Shown piece after piece: positions 39,309 through 48,833 of a stretch of 64,000 bases of DNA (position 1 is the stretch's first letter; each line of letters opens with the position of its first letter). Under the pieces are notes generated by a model, which did no database searches, was not told where the DNA came from, and saw nothing but the letters and a program-made list of their open reading frames with translations. The position numbers and the translations under genes are program-made. Origin of the DNA: Symbiobacterium thermophilum (GTDB lineage: Bacteria > Bacillota > Sulfobacillia > DYFQ01); the NCBI GenBank assembly GCA_020725105.1, contig DYFQ01000007.1, forward strand, positions 2,106 through 66,105, read 5' to 3'.

Positions 39309-40178
39309 TTGGCGGACCTTTCGGTAGAGCAGGTGGCGCTGGCGGAGACGGAGGCCTTCCGCCGGCTCAACTGGCCGGCGGCGGACCGGGAGAACTTCGG
39401 CGAGAGCGACCCCGAGCAGTGGGTGGGCCGACTCCAGGCCTTCGTGGCCCGTCTGGGCGCGGAAGTGGTCGGGGTGGCCGTGGCCAAGCTGAGAGGCGGG
39501 GTTGGCCACCTGTCAGAGTTGCTGGTGGCCGCTCCCTTCCGGGGCCGGGGGGTGGGCGGGGCGCTGGTCGGGGCCTTTGAAGCGTTTTGCTGGCAAGAGG
39601 GCTGCCACAAGCTTTCCCTGCGCACGCCGCTCTCTGCCCGCACCCGGCCGCTGGAGTTTTACCTGAAACGGGGCTGGCGGGCGGAAGCGGTTCACCCCGG
39701 GGACATGCTGGGCCGGGACTGGGTGACCCTGGTCAAGGGACCTCCCGGCCACGACGTGCTGGCCCGGGTGGGTGCGTGCTGGAGGGTGGTGGAACGGGCC
39801 GCCAGAGAGGCGACGGCGGCGGGATCGGCCGGCCGGGGGTACCCCGGCCGCCGCCCGCACCCGCGTGACGTCCCGAAGGGGGAGCCGGTGCCAATGCGGG
39901 CCGGGCCCTCCCCGCTCCGGAACGTGGGCGGCGCGGTTGGTGATGACCGGCGCGCCGCCCTGGCCTTGCAGGACGGCGCGGGTCAGGTCCGAAAGGCCCG
40001 ACGGGACACCGGTCAGTCGGTTTCCACGGCGGCCGCCAGGGCTTCGGCCGGTGGCCGGACCTCCTCGATGGGCTGGAACCGCTCGGCCAGCCGCTTCATC
40101 AACTGTGGCATGGTGGTGTATTCCATCTCGTCCAGGCTCAGCCGGTGCGGTTCGAAGGGCCCCAGCCGGCGCAGGTAG
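39309..40178 (+). CDS. GNAT family acetyltransferase with an anomalous C-terminal run-on
   Basis: LLVAAPFRGRGVGGALV and FYLKRGW motifs. The domain ends near 39740 but the frame stays open to 40178. Confidence 0.7.
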   Translation: MADLSVEQVALAETEAFRRLNWPAADRENFGESDPEQWVGRLQAFVARLGAEVVGVAVAKLRGGVGHLSELLVAAPFRGRGVGGALVGAFEAFCWQEGCHKLSLRTPLSARTRPLEFYLKRGWRAEAVHPGDMLGRDWVTLVKGPPGHDVLARVGACWRVVERAAREATAAGSAGRGYPGRRPHPRDVPKGEPVPMRAGPSPLRNVGGAVGDDRRAALALQDGAGQVRKARRDTGQSVSTAAARASAGGRTSSMGWNRSASRFINCGMVVYSISSRLSRCGSKGPSRRR

Positions 40179-41158
40179 TCCGCGATCTGGTTGGCCTGCT
40201 CCCTGGCCCGGTCAAAGGCCACGTCGGCGAAGAGGTCGCGCGGTCCCACCAGCTTGCCGTTGGCGATCTGAAAGCCGAGCGCCACCACCCGGGGCGGCCC
40301 GTCGAACCGCGAGGGGTTGCAACGGTCGTACGAGCACGGCATCAACGGGCCGCAGTGGCTTCCCCGCATCCAGCCGCCCACCAGGTGCGGAAAGGCGAAC
40401 GGCTCCAGCGCCTCGCCCACCGACGGCAGGCCGGACTGGCACCTGACGATGAGGCTCGGGTCGTCCTTACCCACGTACCGGCCGGCCACATGGGCCAGCT
40501 TCTGCGTGGTGGAACTGGCGCAGACCATGCCGTCCAGGCCCCGCGAGAAGACGTGCTTGATCACGAACCGGTGGTGCGCGCCGACGAACATGAGGATGTC
40601 GTACAGCTCCTCGGGCGCCGAGAGGAAGACCTTCCGGGTCTCCTTCAGGTCGTGGATCTCGAAGCTGAACCCGTCGTGCATGCTGGGGTCGATGACCAGG
40701 CCGGGGTTGGTGAACGGATCGGCAAACATCTTGAACAGGGGAAGGTTCCAGGCGCCCGGCTCCGTCTTGTCGGCCATGAAGACGATGATCGGCTCCGACG
40801 GACGCTCGACGAACTCCATCTCGCAGACGCCCGGGCCCATGCCCTTGACGTTGCCGGCAAACGCGTCCACCAGCAGGTCCTGGCCCGCCCCGTACAGCTT
40901 CAGCTCCTTGGCCACCTCGGTGCAGGCCTTGAAGGTGTTCCAGGCGAGACCGTGGATCTCGGGGTCGTCCACCCCCCGCCGGTGGGTCATGATCAGGTTG
41001 ATGTCGTCGCCCGCCCGGGCCACGTAGGCGTCGACCAGCAGCGGGCTTGAGGCCAGCACCTCCCGGGCCTTGTCCATCAATCGGGGATGAACGTCGCCGT
41101 GGCCGACGTAGCCGCCCACGTCGGCCTTGATCACGCTCAGGGTCAGTTTTTCCGGCAC
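40013..41158 (-). CDS. fbp: Bifunctional fructose-1,6-bisphosphate aldolase/phosphatase (class V)
   Basis: SVIKADVGG, GDDI, LYGAGQDLL, DKTEPGAWN, YVGKDDP, GWMRGSH and MEYTT motifs. Confidence 0.93.
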   Translation of the reverse strand: MPEKLTLSVIKADVGGYVGHGDVHPRLMDKAREVLASSPLLVDAYVARAGDDINLIMTHRRGVDDPEIHGLAWNTFKACTEVAKELKLYGAGQDLLVDAFAGNVKGMGPGVCEMEFVERPSEPIIVFMADKTEPGAWNLPLFKMFADPFTNPGLVIDPSMHDGFSFEIHDLKETRKVFLSAPEELYDILMFVGAHHRFVIKHVFSRGLDGMVCASSTTQKLAHVAGRYVGKDDPSLIVRCQSGLPSVGEALEPFAFPHLVGGWMRGSHCGPLMPCSYDRCNPSRFDGPPRVVALGFQIANGKLVGPRDLFADVAFDRAREQANQIADYLRRLGPFEPHRLSLDEMEYTTMPQLMKRLAERFQPIEEVRPPAEALAAAVETD

Positions 41159-41407
41159 CAGCGACCCTCCCAGGCTCGGCTGCGGCAAACCCGCCCGGGT
41201 CTGCCGGCCTACAGACTATCATTATGTGGCGTCGAACCCGGTCGTATCGTGCACGACCAGCCGAGGCTTCTTCCCGGCGCTCGAGATGTCCTGCCGGCGG
41301 CCGCGTCGACCCCCGTCCGAGCGGTCTGCTATAATGGGTGCGCGGCCGGAGCCGACTCTGTCGAAGAAAGGGGAGTGCCAGCGGCGTTGGCCCGACGCAG
41401 GGTTAGC

Positions 41408-42892
41408 GTGGCCATCACCGACCGCGAGCGCCACGCCCTCATCTGCCTTGCCGAACTTCACCATCTGGTCAACGTCGCGGGGCCCCTCTGGCCCGGCTGG
41501 GAAATCAGGTCCACCCCGCTGGCCGTGTACACGCCGGGGGGAAACGCGTTTTTGCTTCACCACCCGCGCCCGGTGGCACCGTTCCAGGCGGTGGACGCTT
41601 CCGAGCTGGGGCTCACCAGCGCCACCACCGAGCGGATCGGCCCGCTGTACCACTCCGCCGTCGACCTTCCGTTCCTGCGGGCCGCCACGGCGCAGCCACT
41701 GAACGGCGCGCTCACCGGTCTGGTCCCCGTGTGGCTCGACGACGACGGCCCGGCCCGGTTTGAAGCTTTCATCGCGCTCCTGGCCCGGGAGGCGTTTCAG
41801 GTGTACGGGCGGCGGTGGTCGGGCGGCCGGCCCAGCCCGTTTCCGGCCGACAGGTACCCCGACCTGTCGCCGGTGAACAACGCCCTGGGTAACGTGGAAG
41901 GGCGGCTGCTGCAGGCCGCCTGGGGCGAGACCGATCCCGATGTCCTGCGGACGCTGGTCCGCCGCTTCTGCCTGGTGCGGCGGGAGCGCCGGGGTCCCCT
42001 CGACGAGGCGCTCATCGAGTACGAGCAGCATCACGAACTGCACGACGGCCTGCCCGGCTACGTGGAGTTGCTGGCGCTGGAACGCGGCAGCAGCCCGGAC
42101 TACCGGGCCAGCGCCGAATACCGCCGGCTTACCGGCAACGAGCGCTACGTGCACGGACCCCTCCTGGTGGAGCAGACCCGGGCGGAGCTGGGTCGGGTGA
42201 ACCTGCGGGGCCAGGGGGCGAACCGGGTCCGCTTCAGCTACACCGGGGCGGCCATCGCCCGCTTCCTGGACCGGATCCGGCCCGGCTGGCAGGCGCACCT
42301 GGAGTCTGCCCGTGCCAACCTGGATCGCCTCCTGGAAGAGGGCGTGCTCTACGACGGCGGCGACGGGGACGAGCGGGAGATCGTGGCCGTGCTGCGGGAG
42401 TACGGCTACGATGACCTCCTGGAGGCGGAACGGCTCTACGCCCGGCAGGAGGAAGCCAGGAAGCGCGAGTTGCTCGACTCGGTGCTGCGTGGCAGCGGCA
42501 TCCGGATCAGCATCGACGTGAGCCACCTGGTGGGCACGGAAGACTGGTGGGACCGGCGCCGCGGCACCAGCCTGTGGTGGGATCCGGCGCACGTGGAGAA
42601 GATCACCGAACACATCCGGGTCCACACCCGGATGCTCACCTTCAAGAGCCGGGGCACGATCCTCAGCTTCGAGGGGCTGCCGGTGGTGGAGGACCGGCGC
42701 AACAAGATCTTCCACTCGTGTCTGCCCGACGGCCGGCTCAACTTCGTCGGCGACAGCCAGCCGTTCTCCATCGACCGGCCGGCGGAGTTCAGCGAGGGGC
42801 TGGAGATCCGCTGCCCCGGCCTGGAGATTCAGGCGGAGGCCGGCTACCTGCAGAACGCCGACGGCGTTCTCTACATCAAGATTTTCCAGTAG
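41408..42892 (+). CDS. Hypothetical protein, degenerate zincin-like
   Basis: Long ORF with protein-like composition, TG-N-TATAAT at 41327-41335; start uncertain (41387 or 41408). Confidence 0.7.
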   Translation: MAITDRERHALICLAELHHLVNVAGPLWPGWEIRSTPLAVYTPGGNAFLLHHPRPVAPFQAVDASELGLTSATTERIGPLYHSAVDLPFLRAATAQPLNGALTGLVPVWLDDDGPARFEAFIALLAREAFQVYGRRWSGGRPSPFPADRYPDLSPVNNALGNVEGRLLQAAWGETDPDVLRTLVRRFCLVRRERRGPLDEALIEYEQHHELHDGLPGYVELLALERGSSPDYRASAEYRRLTGNERYVHGPLLVEQTRAELGRVNLRGQGANRVRFSYTGAAIARFLDRIRPGWQAHLESARANLDRLLEEGVLYDGGDGDEREIVAVLREYGYDDLLEAERLYARQEEARKRELLDSVLRGSGIRISIDVSHLVGTEDWWDRRRGTSLWWDPAHVEKITEHIRVHTRMLTFKSRGTILSFEGLPVVEDRRNKIFHSCLPDGRLNFVGDSQPFSIDRPAEFSEGLEIRCPGLEIQAEAGYLQNADGVLYIKIFQ

Positions 42893-42937
42893 ACATCCGC
42901 GCGGTGGCCGCCGCTGCCGTCGGGGCCGGCGAGCGAG

Positions 42938-43462
42938 GTGATGCGCGTGTCCCGCCGGGAGACTTCCGCCGGCGGCGTGGTGTTCCGGGTCGACGAGGGC
43001 CCCTGGTTCTTGCTGGTCCAGGATCGCTTTGGCCGCTGGACCTTGCCCAAGGGGCTGGTCGAGCCGGGTGAGACACCCGAACAGGCCGCCTTGCGGGAAA
43101 TCCGGGAAGAGACGGGGTTGCGCGGCACCAGCCGCGGTCCGGTGGGGCACGTCAAGTACACTTACCGGGACCGTCGCGGCACGGTGCACAAGACGGTCCA
43201 CTACTTTCTGGTGGAGACCGATCAGGTCGGGGCCAGACCGCAGCCCGGCGAACTGTCCGCGGTGCGCTGGCTGCGGCCGGCCGAAGCCGTCGCCCTCTGC
43301 GACTACGATTCCAACCGGTCGGTTCTCGAGCGGGCCCTCGCCGCGGTGGGGCAGGTCACCGAACGGGAAGGCGCGGGCGAGGCCCGGAATGCCGCGGCCG
43401 GCGACGCGCGGGGGGAAGGGCGGGCCGGCGCGCCGGGCGCGGGCTGGGACGCACCGCGTTGA
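42938..43462 (+). CDS. NUDIX hydrolase
   Basis: SAGGVV and Nudix box KGLVEPGETPEQAALREIREETG. Confidence 0.92.
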   Translation: MMRVSRRETSAGGVVFRVDEGPWFLLVQDRFGRWTLPKGLVEPGETPEQAALREIREETGLRGTSRGPVGHVKYTYRDRRGTVHKTVHYFLVETDQVGARPQPGELSAVRWLRPAEAVALCDYDSNRSVLERALAAVGQVTEREGAGEARNAAAGDARGEGRAGAPGAGWDAPR

Positions 43463-43488
43463 CAATGAACCCTCGCTGGCGGTACACT
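43459..43488 (+). promoter_or_regulatory. SigA-type promoter of tRNA-Pro(CGG)
   Basis: TTGACA-18 nt-TACACT. Confidence 0.75.
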
Positions 43489-43503
43489 GAGGGCGCCTGA
43501 CGG

Positions 43504-43582
43504 CGGGGTGTAGCGCAGCTTGGTTTAGCGCGCCACGTTCGGGACGTGGAGGTCGCCGGTTCAAATCCGGCCACCCCGACCA
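43504..43582 (+). tRNA. tRNA-Pro(CGG) with encoded CCA
   Basis: CGGGGTG...CACCCCG-ACCA; anticodon arm CCACG-TTCGGGA-CGTGG. Confidence 0.96.
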
Positions 43583-43613
43583 TCCCGGGAGCGATCCCGG
43601 GATTTCCTGTTTC
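43582..43613 (+). terminator. Terminator after tRNA-Pro(CGG)
   Basis: ATCCCGGGA-GCGA-TCCCGGGAT followed by TTCCTGTTTC. Confidence 0.65.
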
Positions 43614-43910
43614 ATGGGGCCTCGCCCGACCTCCTTACCCTGCTCATGCCGGCCGCCCACCGAGCCAAGGATTGCCAGTCCAGCTAGGGAAACCTGTGGC
43701 ACATGAGCCCGTCTGAGCAGACGGCGGAAAGGTTATGTAAACATCGTGCCGGCGCAGATTTTCCGGAGGGGGCGAACACGTGGGCTCACCGGAAGGAACC
43801 GACGCCGCGGGTGGCCAAACCTGGACAGCGCAGGGCGGGGGCTGCGGGCGGAGGGCAGCCCCTCGCGCGTTCAAGGGCGGGAAGGGGCCGGCTGGAGGTT
43901 GGAGCCAGAG

Positions 43911-46082
43911 GTGAACGGGCGGGGACCGCGGCCACGACCCGGCCGGAGCCGGCGGGGGCTGGCCCTGAGGCTGGCGGCTTCGGCAGCCGTGCTGGCGCTC
44001 GTGTGGGGAGCCGCCTGGACCGGCGCGCCGGCGGTGGCGGCCGCTCCGGTGCCCCGGGCCTACGACGGCCTGCCCGACGGAGTACCCGTTCCCGTCCCGC
44101 CGGCCGCGGCGACCCTCGTGGACCTGAAGGCCGCGCTCACCGTGGGGCCGGAGGCGACCCGTGTCGAGCTGGATCTGAAACTGGCGGCCACCGGCGACGG
44201 GCCGGTGGCCATGGTTCTTCCGGCCGCCGGTGCGCAGGAGGTGGCGGTGACCTACCGCGGAGCGCCGGTGGCCGTGGCCCGGGATGAGGACCCCCGCGGG
44301 GGGTGGCGGTGGCAACTGGCCCCCGGAACGGGGGGCGCCGGCCGTCTCACCGTGAGCTACACCGTGGTCCACCAGCCGGGGGTCCCGGGCGTCGGCACCA
44401 CCGGGCTCGGGCTCGGCGGGCTGGCCGCCTGGGGCCCGTCCGCCCCGTGGCGGATCGAGGCGGTCCTGAGCGGCCTGGGGATCGAACGGCTGGCCGGCGC
44501 CAGGCCGACCGGCTGGTCCGTCACGGCCGCCGAGCCGGTCCGCCTGCTGTGGGCCGGCGCCGCTCAGGCGGCCTCCGCCCCGCCCGCCGTTCAGTTGTGG
44601 CTGGCCGAGCCGGCGGTCCAGGGGCTGGACGAGGGCGCCCGGGGCGAGCTTGAGCGCCGGCTGGACGCCGGCGGCTGGCCCGCGGCGGTTGAACACCTCA
44701 CGGCCCTGGCCGCCGGGGCGGGCACCGAAGGCGAGCGCCAGCGGCTCCTGGTGGCAGGTGGCCGCGCCCTGGCGGAGCGGGGCCTGTGGGAAGGCGTCCG
44801 GACGCTTCTGGAGCCGCTGTTGCCGGATCCGGACGTCGCCCCGACCGGGCAACCGGCGGCGCTGGAGCGTGACCCGGCGGTCTACCGGGCGGCGGCCGAC
44901 CCCGAACCGTATGCCCTGCTGGCTCGGGCAGCCTCGGGTTCCCCGCCACCCGCCGACACCGCTCTGGACCTGGCTGACCTGTACCGGCTGGCCCGGCGCC
45001 GGAGGGTATCGGTTCCCCTGGAGCGCTGGCTGGCAGCCCAGGTGCCGCCGGAAGCGGTGGCGCCGGCTGCGCCGCCCGAGGTGGCGATCGAGGTTCGCGG
45101 CCTCCGGGACGGCAGGGTGGAACTGGCCGTCAGGGTGACCGACGGCGACGGCGACGTGGAGCGGGCCGGCGCCGCCCTCCTGGCCGGCCCGGCAGGCGAG
45201 CCCTGGTTCGAATGGACGTGGGACTGGCCCGAGGGGCAAGACTACCACCTGGAGTTGACGGTCGAGGCCCCGGCTCCACCGCTGTACCAGGTGATCAAGG
45301 CAACCGCCTGGGCGGAAGACGCCCGGGGCGAGCGGAGCGTCACGGCGGGCGGGCCGCCCATCTACCTCCCGCCCGAACTGGCCTGGGTGTCCGAAGTCAG
45401 GGGGCCGCTGGTGTTTCACGCCCACGATTACGTGGGCCTCACGGCCATGGAGACGGCAGACGCCCTCGCCGGGCAGTTTCTGGGCGCCGCCGCCCGCCGG
45501 CTGGGGGCCACCCTTGCGGGTCCCGTCCACGTGGTGGTGCTTTCGGCGGGCCGGGCGCCGCCCCCGCCCCCGGAACTGCAGGCCTCGCCCACCGTCGCCT
45601 TTGTCTGGGCCGGCCGGGAGCGCGGCCGGCTGCTGGACCCCGGCGCCTTTGTGCGCGAGGTGGCCAGGCGGGTCCTGGCCACCTACGCCGGCCCCGGCTG
45701 GACCCACGCCCCCGGCTGGGTGGTTGACCGGGTTGCCGGGGCGTTGGTGGGGCCGCCGGACGGCGGAGGAGAGCCGGACGTCATGGCCAGTCTGGCCGAG
45801 ACCCGGCCGGACGCCTTCGAGCAGTTTCTGCGGTACGTTGGCGCGGGCCAGCCCGTCGAGGCGGCGCTGCGGGGAGCGTTCGGCTTCGGGGTGAGCGGCC
45901 TGGAGTCCCGCGACGTGAAGGCCCGGCAGTGGGCCGCCATCCGGCGGCCGCTCGGCGTAGCCCTGGTGGCGCTGCTGGTGGTGGCGCTTGCCGGGTCCAT
46001 CAGGGCGGTCACCCGCGCGCCCCGCGGCGGCCGGCCCGCGGCCCGGAAGCCGGAAGGGATCAGCCACCGGGGCCGGGAATAG
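43911..46082 (+). CDS. Hypothetical exported, membrane-anchored protein
   Basis: Signal-peptide-like N-terminus and C-terminal TM; ends just before the next RBS; start approximate. Confidence 0.65.
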   Translation: MNGRGPRPRPGRSRRGLALRLAASAAVLALVWGAAWTGAPAVAAAPVPRAYDGLPDGVPVPVPPAAATLVDLKAALTVGPEATRVELDLKLAATGDGPVAMVLPAAGAQEVAVTYRGAPVAVARDEDPRGGWRWQLAPGTGGAGRLTVSYTVVHQPGVPGVGTTGLGLGGLAAWGPSAPWRIEAVLSGLGIERLAGARPTGWSVTAAEPVRLLWAGAAQAASAPPAVQLWLAEPAVQGLDEGARGELERRLDAGGWPAAVEHLTALAAGAGTEGERQRLLVAGGRALAERGLWEGVRTLLEPLLPDPDVAPTGQPAALERDPAVYRAAADPEPYALLARAASGSPPPADTALDLADLYRLARRRRVSVPLERWLAAQVPPEAVAPAAPPEVAIEVRGLRDGRVELAVRVTDGDGDVERAGAALLAGPAGEPWFEWTWDWPEGQDYHLELTVEAPAPPLYQVIKATAWAEDARGERSVTAGGPPIYLPPELAWVSEVRGPLVFHAHDYVGLTAMETADALAGQFLGAAARRLGATLAGPVHVVVLSAGRAPPPPPELQASPTVAFVWAGRERGRLLDPGAFVREVARRVLATYAGPGWTHAPGWVVDRVAGALVGPPDGGGEPDVMASLAETRPDAFEQFLRYVGAGQPVEAALRGAFGFGVSGLESRDVKARQWAAIRRPLGVALVALLVVALAGSIRAVTRAPRGGRPAARKPEGISHRGRE

Positions 46083-46092
46083 GAGGAGGAAC

Positions 46093-47562
46093 ATGAGGCG
46101 GTTGCCTCGTCACCGGACTGCCCGGCAACTCGCCCTGACCGCGGCCGTCGCCACGGCCCTGGGCCTCTTCGTCGGGGCCGGAGCGGCCAGCCCCACCGCC
46201 GTCCCGGGAGGGCGCCCGGTCCGCGTGGTCCTGGCTGAGCGGCCGCTGGTCTTCGACGTTCCCCCGGTGATGGTGGCCGGCCGGATCCTGGTGCCCTTCC
46301 GCCACTTCCTTGCCGCCCTGGGCGCCCGCGTCGACTGGGACGGAGAAGGTGTCACCGCCCGCCTGGGAGACACTGAGCTCCGGTTGTGGCCCGGCCGGCG
46401 CCAGGCCCTGGTCAACGGGGCCCCGGTGGAGCTGGACGTCCCCCCGTCCATCGTCCGCGGGCGCGTCCTCGTCCCGCTGCGGTTTGTCAGCGAAACCCTG
46501 GGTATGAACGTCAGCTGGGACGACGCGACGCGCACCGTCACCCTGACGCCGCCGGACGGACTGGAGTTGCCCGAGCCATCGGGCCGGGTAATCCTGGGCT
46601 TTGTCGGCGACATCCTGCTCGGGGCCCGCGTCGCGGAGGCCATCGCCGCCCACGGGGTCCACTACCCGTGGGACGGGGTACGGGACGTCTTTCTGGCCAC
46701 CGACATTGTCCTGGGCAATCTGGAGACTCCCGTCAGCACCCGGGGAACCCCGGAAGCCAACAAGCAGTGGACCTTCCGGTCCCATCCTTCCACTCTCGAG
46801 GGCCTGGCGGCGGCCGGTGTCACCGTGGTCAACCTGGCCAACAACCACGTGCTGGACTACGGGGCGGAGGCCCTCATCGACACCCTCGACCACCTGGACG
46901 CGTATGGTATCGGGCGCGTCGGAGCGGGCCGGACCCGGGACGAGGCCATGGCGCCGGTGGTTCTGGAGCGCCACGGCGTCAGGGTGGGGATCCTCGGCCT
47001 GGCCCAGGTATACCCGTTCGGCTGGTGGGCCGCCACCGACACCCGGCCGGGGGTGGCCATCACCCATAACGAGACGCTCGTCATGCAAGCGGTCCGGCGC
47101 CTGCGCCAGCAGGTGGACCTGGTCGTGGTCACGGTCCACTGGGGCGAGGAGCGGGCCGAGACACCCACCGCCTATCAGCAGCGCTACGGGCGAAAGCTTG
47201 TGGAGGCCGGCGCGCACCTGGTGATCGGCCACCATCCCCACGTGCTGCAGGGGATCGAGCTGTACCGGGACGGCCTGATCGCCTACAGCCTGGGCAATTT
47301 CGTCTTTCCCTTCACCGTTCGGGCGACCCAGGAGACGGCCATCCTCCGGGTGACCGCCGCCCGCCTCCCCGGTGACGCGCCCGGCGGCGCGATCATCGAA
47401 GCCGCCGAGATCCTGCCGGTGTTCACCCACGGTTCCCGGCCCCAGCTTCTTGCCGGCGACTACCGGCTGGAGATTCTCCGCCGGATCCAGGCCCTGTCGG
47501 CCCCCTGGGGCACCGGGATCGACGAGCGCGGCCTCGTCCGTCTGGTGAACCGGGAACCCTGA
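46093..47562 (+). CDS. CapA/PGA_cap family metallophosphoesterase with a copper-amine-oxidase N-terminal (stalk) domain
   Basis: GRVLVPLRFVSETLG, GDILL, NLE, LANNHVLDYG, HWGEE, GHHPHVLQ and YSLGNFVF motifs. Confidence 0.9.
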   Translation: MRRLPRHRTARQLALTAAVATALGLFVGAGAASPTAVPGGRPVRVVLAERPLVFDVPPVMVAGRILVPFRHFLAALGARVDWDGEGVTARLGDTELRLWPGRRQALVNGAPVELDVPPSIVRGRVLVPLRFVSETLGMNVSWDDATRTVTLTPPDGLELPEPSGRVILGFVGDILLGARVAEAIAAHGVHYPWDGVRDVFLATDIVLGNLETPVSTRGTPEANKQWTFRSHPSTLEGLAAAGVTVVNLANNHVLDYGAEALIDTLDHLDAYGIGRVGAGRTRDEAMAPVVLERHGVRVGILGLAQVYPFGWWAATDTRPGVAITHNETLVMQAVRRLRQQVDLVVVTVHWGEERAETPTAYQQRYGRKLVEAGAHLVIGHHPHVLQGIELYRDGLIAYSLGNFVFPFTVRATQETAILRVTAARLPGDAPGGAIIEAAEILPVFTHGSRPQLLAGDYRLEILRRIQALSAPWGTGIDERGLVRLVNREP

Positions 47563-47579
47563 CGGACCGCAAGCGGCCC

Positions 47580-47646
47580 TGTCGAGGGGTAGAGGGCGGC
47601 GGGTGCCAGCGGGTGACACTCTCGCGGGCCCGACCTTACCTATAAT
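47580..47646 (+). promoter_or_regulatory. spoIIG-type Spo0A-dependent SigA promoter
   Basis: TGTCGAG (0A-like box), then GTGACA-22 nt-TATAAT. Confidence 0.55.
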
Positions 47647-47837
47647 CAAGCAACCACGGCCGGTCCGCGCGCCCGTCGGGTTTGGGCGATGGCGCCGGCG
47701 CGGACACCGGCATACGGATGCTCTTCACCCCATACCGGTAATAGAGGGCTGCGACTGTCTGCTCGACGGCGGCGGCCCGTGGTCGCCGCCGGGACGGCGC
47801 GCCGGCCGGTGCTGGGGGCCCCAGGGGGTCGGGGCGT

Positions 47838-48812
47838 GTGGGTTACGTATACGGAGACCTCTGGTTCAGTTTGAACTTCACGGTCGACCTTGGCCTGCTG
47901 TGGCTGGCGGGGCGGGCCGCCGGCCTCAGGACGAGCCCTGGACGTCTGGTTCTTGCCGCCGCCCTGGGCGGCACGTACGGCCTCGGCTACCTCTTGCCCG
48001 ACCTTGGGCCCTTTTACTCGCCGGGAGCCATCGGGCTGTTTTCCCTGTTCATCGTGGGGGTTGCCTTCGCTCCGGCGGTGGCAGCCGCCGGGCGGGCGGG
48101 CGGCCCGTGGGCCGGAGTGGGCGCCCTCACCCGGGCCGCCGCCGGCTTTTACCTAGGGGGGTTATCAATGGCCGGCGGGGTGCTGGCCGCCCAGCAACTG
48201 GAGAGCCGCCTGCCCGCCACGCCCGGCTGGCTATGGAGCCTGCCCGCGCCAGGCGTGGCGTCGCTGCTGGGCGCCCTGGCCGTGACGGCCGGCGCCATCG
48301 GCCTGGTGCGCCACGTGGCGGGGCGCCGGCGGTGGCTTGAACAGGCCCTGGTACCCACCGAGGTGGTGGTGGGTGCCCACCGGGCCACCCTGCGGGCGCT
48401 GGTGGACACCGGCAACATGCTCCGTGACCCCCTGTCCCGGGCTCCGGTGGTAATCGTGTCCTACCCCGCTATCCGGAACCTGCTACCCCCTGACATCTGT
48501 GCCGTGTACGAGGAGCCGCGCCGGGCCGCCAGCCCGGCCGGCAGGGGCGAAGCCCCTGGGCCCGACCTGGGCCAGCTGGCGGCGGTGCTGTCGGCCTCCC
48601 GGTGGGGGACGCGTTTCAGGGTGGTCCCGTTCCAATCCCTGGGTGCCGCCAACGGCCTGCTCCTCGGCTTCCGTCCCGACCTGGTCGTCCTGCGAGAGGG
48701 TGGCCGGGACGTGAGGGTGAGGGACGTGGTCGTCTGCGTCCACCACCGGCCGCTGTCGGTGGCCGGTGAGTACGAGGCCCTGGTGCCGCCCGAACTCCTG
48801 GAGGCAGCATAA
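47838..48812 (+). CDS. spoIIGA: Pro-SigE processing aspartic peptidase
   Basis: VYGD...NFTVD, five TMs, LVDTGNMLRDP and GFRPD motifs; upstream of sigE. Confidence 0.92.
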   Translation: MGYVYGDLWFSLNFTVDLGLLWLAGRAAGLRTSPGRLVLAAALGGTYGLGYLLPDLGPFYSPGAIGLFSLFIVGVAFAPAVAAAGRAGGPWAGVGALTRAAAGFYLGGLSMAGGVLAAQQLESRLPATPGWLWSLPAPGVASLLGALAVTAGAIGLVRHVAGRRRWLEQALVPTEVVVGAHRATLRALVDTGNMLRDPLSRAPVVIVSYPAIRNLLPPDICAVYEEPRRAASPAGRGEAPGPDLGQLAAVLSASRWGTRFRVVPFQSLGAANGLLLGFRPDLVVLREGGRDVRVRDVVVCVHHRPLSVAGEYEALVPPELLEAA

Positions 48813-48833
48813 CCGCGGGACCCGGAGCAAGAG

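Noticed and set aside
43630..43660. HDV-like ribozyme start (GGCCGGCATG on the minus strand)
   Set aside because: No nested double pseudoknot can be built downstream.
41222..46094. Very long minus-strand ORFs (826 aa and 816 aa) and similar shadow ORFs elsewhere
   Set aside because: They are antisense shadows of real genes in high-GC DNA; one runs through a tRNA.
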